A stretch of 64,000 nucleotides of DNA from a virus: IMG/VR virus record IMGVR_UViG_3300045988_167906; one strand, 5' to 3'. Of this stretch, positions 57,783 to 64,000 are shown piece by piece. Under the pieces are notes generated by a model. That model searched no databases and had not been told where the DNA came from. It worked only from the letters and a program-made list of their open reading frames with translations. The position numbers were made by a program, and so were the translations under genes. Each line of letters opens with the position of its first letter. Position 1 is the first letter of the stretch.

Positions 57783-59003
57783 ATGGCTGATAAAACTCTT
57801 AATACTCGTATTCAAGTATTAAATGATACTGCTGAAGCTCTTGAAAAAAAGAGTACTGCCGTCCCTCTTAAAGGCGAAATCGTTTATGACCAAACTAATC
57901 GCAAGATGAAGATTGGTGATGGCACTACTGCCTTGGGCAATTTAAAGTTTGTTGGCGGCGATGAAGCTCAAAATTTTGAAGCTACTCCAAAAAATGAGGA
58001 AACTGATGTTCAGGCTATTACTCGTGTTGTAGCTTCCGCAGAACTTCATAATGGCGATACTGCTATTGTAAAGCGTGCTATTACTGGCGATAAGATTTCT
58101 TATACTGCCTATGTATATGACGGCGAATGGAAGGCCATGGATGGCAACTATCGTGCTGATAATGTTTATTTTGATGATGACATTACTTATACCGTTGCTA
58201 TTGGTACTCTTTCTAAGCCTTCGGGTTCTGCTAAATTCGCGGCAAAAGGCAAGAGTGTTGAATATGTTCTGTCCAAGTTAATGGCACAGGAAGCTAACTC
58301 ATCCAAGACTAATCCTGCTGTTAGTTTCAGCGCACAGGGTGGTTTTGGCACATTTGAGATTGGTACTAAGAAGAATCTGACATATACAGCGGCACTATCT
58401 GCTGGTGGTTATACTTATGGCCCACCTACTGGTATTACGGCTCAGAGTTGGAATGTAAAATGCACTGGTATTGATGAAGCTAAGGCTACTGCAACAGGTA
58501 CTTTTGAAAATGTCATTGCTGAAGCGACACCTAAGAAGATTACTGCTACTGCTACTTATGGCGAAGGTAGTATTCCTGTGACCAATCTTGGTAATCCTTA
58601 TCCTGCTGGTAAGATTACTGCTGGTTCTGCTTCTAAAGATAGTGATAGTTTAGTTGGCGTTCGTCATATGTTCTATGGTGTTGTTAAGTCTGCTGATTTT
58701 GAACTTAACTCTGCTAATATTCGTAGCTTAAAGCATGAAACCGCTGCTAAAAAGACCATTGGCACATTTACTGCTGGTGAAGGCACGGTTAAGGTTATCG
58801 TTGCTTGCCCTGCGGGTCACAATGTGACTAAAGTTACTCTTCCTTCTGCTATGGGTGCTGATGCTACTGCTGACTTCGTAAAGCAGGCTGGCACTGTCGC
58901 TGTTGAAGGCGCTGAGGGCTACACTTCTGCTCCTTACACTGTTTGGGTTTTTGAGCCTGCTTCTATTCCAAGCACTCAGAGCTACAGTATTGTAATTGGT
59001 TAA
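57783..59003 (+). CDS. tail-fibre protein
   Basis: MADKTLNTRIQVLNDT...KIGDGTTALGNLKFVGG N-terminal anchor. Confidence 0.6.
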   Translation: MADKTLNTRIQVLNDTAEALEKKSTAVPLKGEIVYDQTNRKMKIGDGTTALGNLKFVGGDEAQNFEATPKNEETDVQAITRVVASAELHNGDTAIVKRAITGDKISYTAYVYDGEWKAMDGNYRADNVYFDDDITYTVAIGTLSKPSGSAKFAAKGKSVEYVLSKLMAQEANSSKTNPAVSFSAQGGFGTFEIGTKKNLTYTAALSAGGYTYGPPTGITAQSWNVKCTGIDEAKATATGTFENVIAEATPKKITATATYGEGSIPVTNLGNPYPAGKITAGSASKDSDSLVGVRHMFYGVVKSADFELNSANIRSLKHETAAKKTIGTFTAGEGTVKVIVACPAGHNVTKVTLPSAMGADATADFVKQAGTVAVEGAEGYTSAPYTVWVFEPASIPSTQSYSIVIG

Positions 59004-59027
59004 TTTATAAAGGAGGAATAAATTGTT

Positions 59028-61670
59028 ATGGCATTAATTAAAAAAGATGGTAATTTCATGGGCCTCCCCATGAATATTCAACGTGGTAACCCCATTCCTC
59101 TTGACGATAGTTCTGTATATTATGACAGAGCTACGATGGAAACTTATGCTAAATCTGGCGTAACTGCTTATGTTGGTCAGATTATTACATTAGTCGATGA
59201 AACTAATAAATCTTGCGAAGCTTATATGATCAGCAACGAAGCTGGCACTCTTGTTAAGCTTGCTTCTACTACTGCTTCTGGTGATCTTGCTTCTGATGTT
59301 TCTACATTACAAGGTAAAGTTGCTTCTCTTATTGAGAAGGTCGGTGCAGCCAAGGAAGGCGAAACCGCAGCAACTGGCTTATACGCATTAATTGAAGCAG
59401 CTCAAAAGCAAGCAGATAAGGGTGTTACTGATGCAAAGACTGCTGATGGTAAGGCTGTTGCAGCACAGAAAGACGTAGATGCCCTTGAAACTATTGTTGG
59501 TGCTGATGATACTGCTGGTCTTCGTAAACGTATTAAGACTAATGAAGATGCTATTGGTGTTCTAAAGGGCACTGGTGAAGGTTCAGTCGCGAAGGCTGTT
59601 AATGATGCTATTGATGCATTTGCTACCAAGGCTACTGATAATGGTACTATTGATACCTTCAAGGAATTAGTCGATTGGGTCGCAACCCATCCAGAAATTG
59701 TTAATGGTTTAACTGGCGATATTAATAAATTAAAAGCTATTCTTAAAGGATTTGGTACTGCTGAAGGTCAATCTCCTGAAGTAAAGGCTTATATTGATGG
59801 CGCTATTAAGGCTCTTAAGATTGAGGATTATGCTAAGGCTGCTGATTTAACTACTCTTGCCGGACGCGTGAGTGTAGTTGAAAAACTTCCTGCAGCTGGT
59901 ATTACTGCTGAAGATATTGAAAAGTGGAACGCAAAGCAAAATGCTGGTAATTTTGTTGATCAATCTGCTTACGATACTAAAGTAGCAGCTCTTGAAAAAG
60001 CTGATAACGATAATGCAACTGCTATTGCTGCTGTGAAAAAGACGGCTGATGCTGCTGTTGTTGCTAATACCGCAATTACTGGTGCTACGGCTACTAAGAT
60101 TACCTATGATGCTAAAGGTCTTGTAACTAAGGGTGAAAATCTTGCCGTTTCTGACATTCCTGCTCTTGGCATTTCCAAGATTGATGGTCTTCAAGGTGCT
60201 CTTGATGCTAAGCAGAATAATTTAACATTTGAGGGTGCTTATAATGCTGGCACTAACAAAGTTGCTACTGAAAGCACTGTTAATACTGCTGTTGATAATT
60301 TAATTCATACTCTTGGCGGCGAAGATGGTAAGACTGATATTGATACCAAGGATAGCAATACCATCCATGGTACAAAGATGTATGCAGATGAAGTCGGTAA
60401 GACTACTCTTGCTTCTGCTAAAACTTATGCTGATGGTTTAGTTGGCGATACTTCTGCCATTGGTAAGAAAGTTGCCGCTCTTGAAGGTAAGGTTGATGTT
60501 GATAGCGTAAGTGGTGCAATTGATACAGCTAAGACCGAAGCTATTAATACTGCAGGTACTAATGCTGATACTAAAATTGCAACTGCTAAAACCGCTATTC
60601 TTGGTGAAGGACATACTGGCACTGTAAAAGAAGCTTATGAACTTGCTGCTTCTAAGACTACAATGAAAGAAGTCGAAGCCAAGGGTTATGCAGTTAAGAC
60701 TGAAGTTGACACTGCTGTTGCTGATGCAAAGAAAGCTAGCACTAATGCTCAAACTTCTGTTAATGCATTAAGCGATAAAGTTGGTACTGTCCCAGCAGAT
60801 AAGACAATTGTTCAGATGATTGCTGATGCCCAAGCAGCTGCTACTTATGATGATAGCACTGTTAAGGCAAGTATCAAAGCTAATGCTGATGCTATTACTA
60901 AGTTAAATGGCACTGATACTGTTGAAGGCTCTGTGGCTAAAACAGTTAAGGATGCAGTTGCTGCTGAACAGGCACGTGCAGAAGGTAAAGAACAAGCAAA
61001 TGCTACTGCTATTGCTAGTGTCAAATCTCGTGTTGATACCTTCCTTGCCGATGCAGATCTTACTACTAATGCTGTTGACACCTTAAAAGAATTACAAGAT
61101 TATATTACAAATCATGGTACTGAAGCTGCGGGCTGGACTGCTAAGATTAGTGCGAATGAAGCAGCTATTAAAACTGAAGAAACTCGTGCCAAGGGTGAAG
61201 AAACAAAGCTTAATACTGCAATTACCGATGAAGCTGCTCGTGCAAAGGGTATTGAAAGTGGCTTAGCTACTCGTCTTACTACTCTTGAAGGTGCTGATAC
61301 TGTTGAAGGCTCTGTAGCTAAGACAGTTAAGGATGCAGTCGATGCTCTCGATATCACTCAGTACGCAAAAGATGCTGATGTTGTTAAGAAGGAAACTGGT
61401 AAGAGCTTAATTGCTGATACCAAGATTACTAAACTTGATGGTATTGCTGAAGGTGCTCAAGTTAACGTAATTGAAAAGATTACAGTTAATGGTACAGAAC
61501 AGACTCCTACTAAGAAGACAATAGCTCTTGAAAGCTATAAGGGTGATGGCACTTCTATTGAGAATAATGCTAATCATACTCTTAGCGTAAAGGCAGTTTC
61601 TACTGATCTTCTTGAATAGGGTACACTTACCCTTGTTCTTAATGGTGGTAACGCTAGTACTTTAATTTAA
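59028..61670 (+). CDS. long Ala/Thr/Lys-rich fibrous tail-fibre protein (880 aa) extended through TAG 61617
   Basis: Coiled-coil-like composition. The post-TAG tail GTLTLVLNGGNASTLI matches the C-terminus of 57245-57760. Confidence 0.6.
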
Positions 61671-61718
61671 TAAATCATAAGGGGAGAGAAATCTCCCCTT
61701 TCTATTAGGAGGATTGGA

Positions 61719-62060
61719 ATGGCTGATAAAACTTTAAATATTCGTATTAAGTCTAAATACGATACACTTGCTAATTGGACTGCAAACAAATCAAAAGTTT
61801 TACTTGCCGGTGAAGTGGGATTTTGTTATGTACCAGCACTTACATCTGGTACAACAACCACAGCTCCTACTGTATTATTTAAAGTTGGCGATGGTACGAC
61901 CACATGGGAAAACCTACCTTGGGGTGCAGGGCTTGGAGCAGATGTTCCGGCATGGGCTAAGGCACCTACAAAGCCATCCTATACTCTTGATGAAATAGGC
62001 GCTAACCCTGATGCCAACTATGTAATTTTTGATTGCGGTTCTTCAACTGTAAATATATAA
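61719..62060 (+). CDS. tail-fibre N-terminal-anchor paralog (113 aa)
   Basis: MADKTLNIRIKSKYDT...KVGDGTTTWENLPWG. Terminator follows. Confidence 0.55.
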   Translation: MADKTLNIRIKSKYDTLANWTANKSKVLLAGEVGFCYVPALTSGTTTTAPTVLFKVGDGTTTWENLPWGAGLGADVPAWAKAPTKPSYTLDEIGANPDANYVIFDCGSSTVNI

Positions 62061-62178
62061 CAATAAAGACTCCAAAATGGAGTCTTTATTTTTTTTTATC
62101 TGGACTAATTTAAATAATTTAATATTTTTATTTTTTATATAATTTTAGAATAAGAAACATTGAAAGGAGGAACTTTCA

Positions 62179-63321
62179 TTGGCAGATAAACAATTAAAAT
62201 CTTTGAAAATGCCAGGCTTAGAAGATCGATACCTTGTTAAACTAACTGTTAATGAATTATAGGATTTATTAACTCATATAGAATTCAATGGTGGGATAGC
62301 TTATCAAAATGATTTATTTAGTGGCAATTATAAAGATTTAAATAACGCTCCAAAGACTGAAGAAATTGTATTTAGAAATGAATTAAAAAGTGAACTAGCT
62401 AAATTAGAATATGTAACATTAGATGATTTAAAAAATCATACTAAAATGTTAGAAGCAAAATTTAATGGTAATGAAGAAAATGATTTAAGTGAAACCTGGA
62501 TTATTCATAAAGCCCCATCTTTCTATTTTAAAAGTAATATTGAATTTGTTTCTAATGGAATAACTTATTCTTCTATAGAATATAAAAAAAATACTTAGCC
62601 CAAGAAAGATGGTATTATTCTTGAAGATATGTTATATTATGATACCACTTGTGTTGGTCATAATCCTCAAGATAATTCTACTATTAATTACAAAGAAATA
62701 TCTTGGGAAAATTAGGCTTATAATACAATTACATTTACCAAAGAAAAGCCAACAGGTGATTTATTAAGATGGCTACAAGAAGATGGAACAATTAAAGGGC
62801 CTAATACATTTCAAGGACTATTTAATTATGTAAATAATTAGGATAATGAAACTTTAAAAAAGGCTAAAACGTATATAAATGATGTCATGAATAATTATCA
62901 TGCTCCAATAGCTGGTGAAAATACATTAGGTATAGTTATGGGCGGCGGAACTGGTATCGGTATTGATGAAAATGGTAGATTATATGCAACAGGAGAAATT
63001 ATAGCTGATGCAAATATCTTATGGTCTAAGATAGTAGAAAAACCTACTACTTTAGAAGCAATCAGCAAAGATGCAATGTGTCGAGCTATTATAAATAGTT
63101 TACCATCTAGCAGCTAGTCAGGTAATTATGCTGATTTATTAAATAAACCAGATTTATCTAAATATGCTTTAAAAACAGACATATCTGAATACACATTACC
63201 AACTGCCTCAACTTCTACTCTTGGCGGCGTAAAAATAGATAATAGTACAATTGGTATTAGTGATGGATTTATTTATGTAAAAAATACTAATTCAGCCGTT
63301 TGGACTAAATGGACAGGATAA
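62179..63321 (+). CDS. tail-fibre-like protein with five in-frame TAGs (TTG start; alternative ATG at 62209)
   Basis: AAAGGAGG RBS. An 1143-nt frame open only with TAG as sense. C-terminus GGVKIDNSTIGISDGFIYVKN. Confidence 0.5.
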
Positions 63322-63466
63322 GTTTGAAATTGATAACTTATTTATTATAATCTTTACTCTTTTGAAAATAGATGATTGAGAAAGATATTTAATATAGGGA
63401 AATAAATATCTTGAACTATTTTCAAGATATTTATTTCCCTATATTTTTGTTTAAGGAGGAAATATA

Positions 63467-64000
63467 ATGGCAAATAATACATTCCAAGGCCGTATGATTT
63501 AGAAGCATGATACAAAAGCTAATTGGGATAAAGCAACTAATTTTGTCCCCTTAAAAGGCGAAATTATTATATATGATGATTTAAAGAAAATAAAAATAGG
63601 TGATGGAGCTACTAAAGTAGGAAATCTGGTTTTTATTAATGACTTAGATACTATAAATGGAAAATATTTACCTCTTGCTGGCGGTACTATGACTGGTAAT
63701 ATTAATATTAATAATAAAACAATTACTAATTTAAAAACTCCAACAGCCGATACAGAAGCCGCAAATAAAAAATATGTAGATGACTAGGTTGCCGCTAATG
63801 ACCATATAGTAAATAGATTTACATTTACTGCAACAGCAGGTTAGTCTACATTTACTATTCCATTTGATTTTGAAGACAGTAGCGCCCTTACTCTCTATTA
63901 TAATGGTGTAATGATGAAAGAAACAGACAACTACACAGTATCTGGTAAAGTAATTACTCTTGCTGGATTCACAGCCGAAGCTGGTGATTATCTTACTGTA
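63467..64000 (+). CDS. tail-fibre protein, 5' part (continues past window end); three in-frame TAGs
   Basis: ...KIGDGATKVGNLVFIND...LPLAGGTMTGNININNKTITNLKTPTADTEAANKKYVDD is the classic tail-fibre motif. Confidence 0.6.

Noticed and set aside
1-64000. CRISPR arrays and rRNA genes
   Set aside because: No regularly spaced direct repeats with unique spacers and no rRNA-like conserved segments were seen. The repeats present are iterons, promoter motifs and tRNA-associated elements.

Overview
This window looks like part of a large tailed-phage genome. AT-rich sequence, canonical -35/-10 promoters, strong Shine-Dalgarno sites and an AbrB/SpoVT-family regulator point to a Firmicutes host.

Layout:
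- 650-12430 (+): ~30 small early genes under sigma70-like promoters. Each is separated by a stereotyped terminator-hairpin/promoter module and preceded by a conserved AATTGTTCCAAGAG leader / GAAAGGAATTGATA translation-initiation motif. Recognisable products: nucleoside 2-deoxyribosyltransferase-like, HAD nucleotidase-like, AbrB-family regulator, DEDD 3'-5' exonuclease, and a duplicated two-gene module (8064-8898 and 10903-11735) with a third orphan copy at 39816.
- 12480-14640 (-): small inverted module with a ribbon-helix-helix (RHH) protein, a GIY-YIG nuclease, a ~166-aa protein and an ATGGGACAT iteron cluster.
- 14850-44000 (+): middle/late genes behind a conserved AT-rich phage-specific promoter (TTTTATAAAAAAATATTATAAAATATATATA). 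They include an Rnl2-like RNA ligase, P-loop kinase, metallophosphoesterase, nucleotidyltransferase, chorismate mutase-like protein, HslV-like peptidase, M20-family metallopeptidase, a three-member large paralog family, and an intein-containing SAM synthetase (metK).
- 44080-46310 (+): radical-SAM/SPASM enzyme plus a ~216-aa precursor whose C-terminal ~110 aa form a (C-x3)n cysteine array. This is a RiPP-like (sactipeptide/ranthipeptide-type) cluster.
- 47000-55900: array of at least 14 tRNA genes, many tRNA-like fragments and minihelices, three homing endonucleases (2 HNH, 1 GIY-YIG I-TevI-like), a C5 DNA methyltransferase, and a type-I tRNA with a UUA anticodon.
- 56000-64000 (+): tail-fiber/tailspike cassette.

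The central observation is that TAG is a sense codon, most likely Gln, in the minus-strand module and in the middle/late genes; the early block has no in-frame TAG. Evidence: a TAG sits at the conserved Gln of MetK (HPDKIADQ), another at the Q of the I-TevI GIYQI motif, and conserved C-terminal motifs reappear after TAG read-through. The six-frame track therefore fragments many real genes, most severely the radical-SAM enzyme (8 in-frame TAGs). TAA and TGA remain stops.
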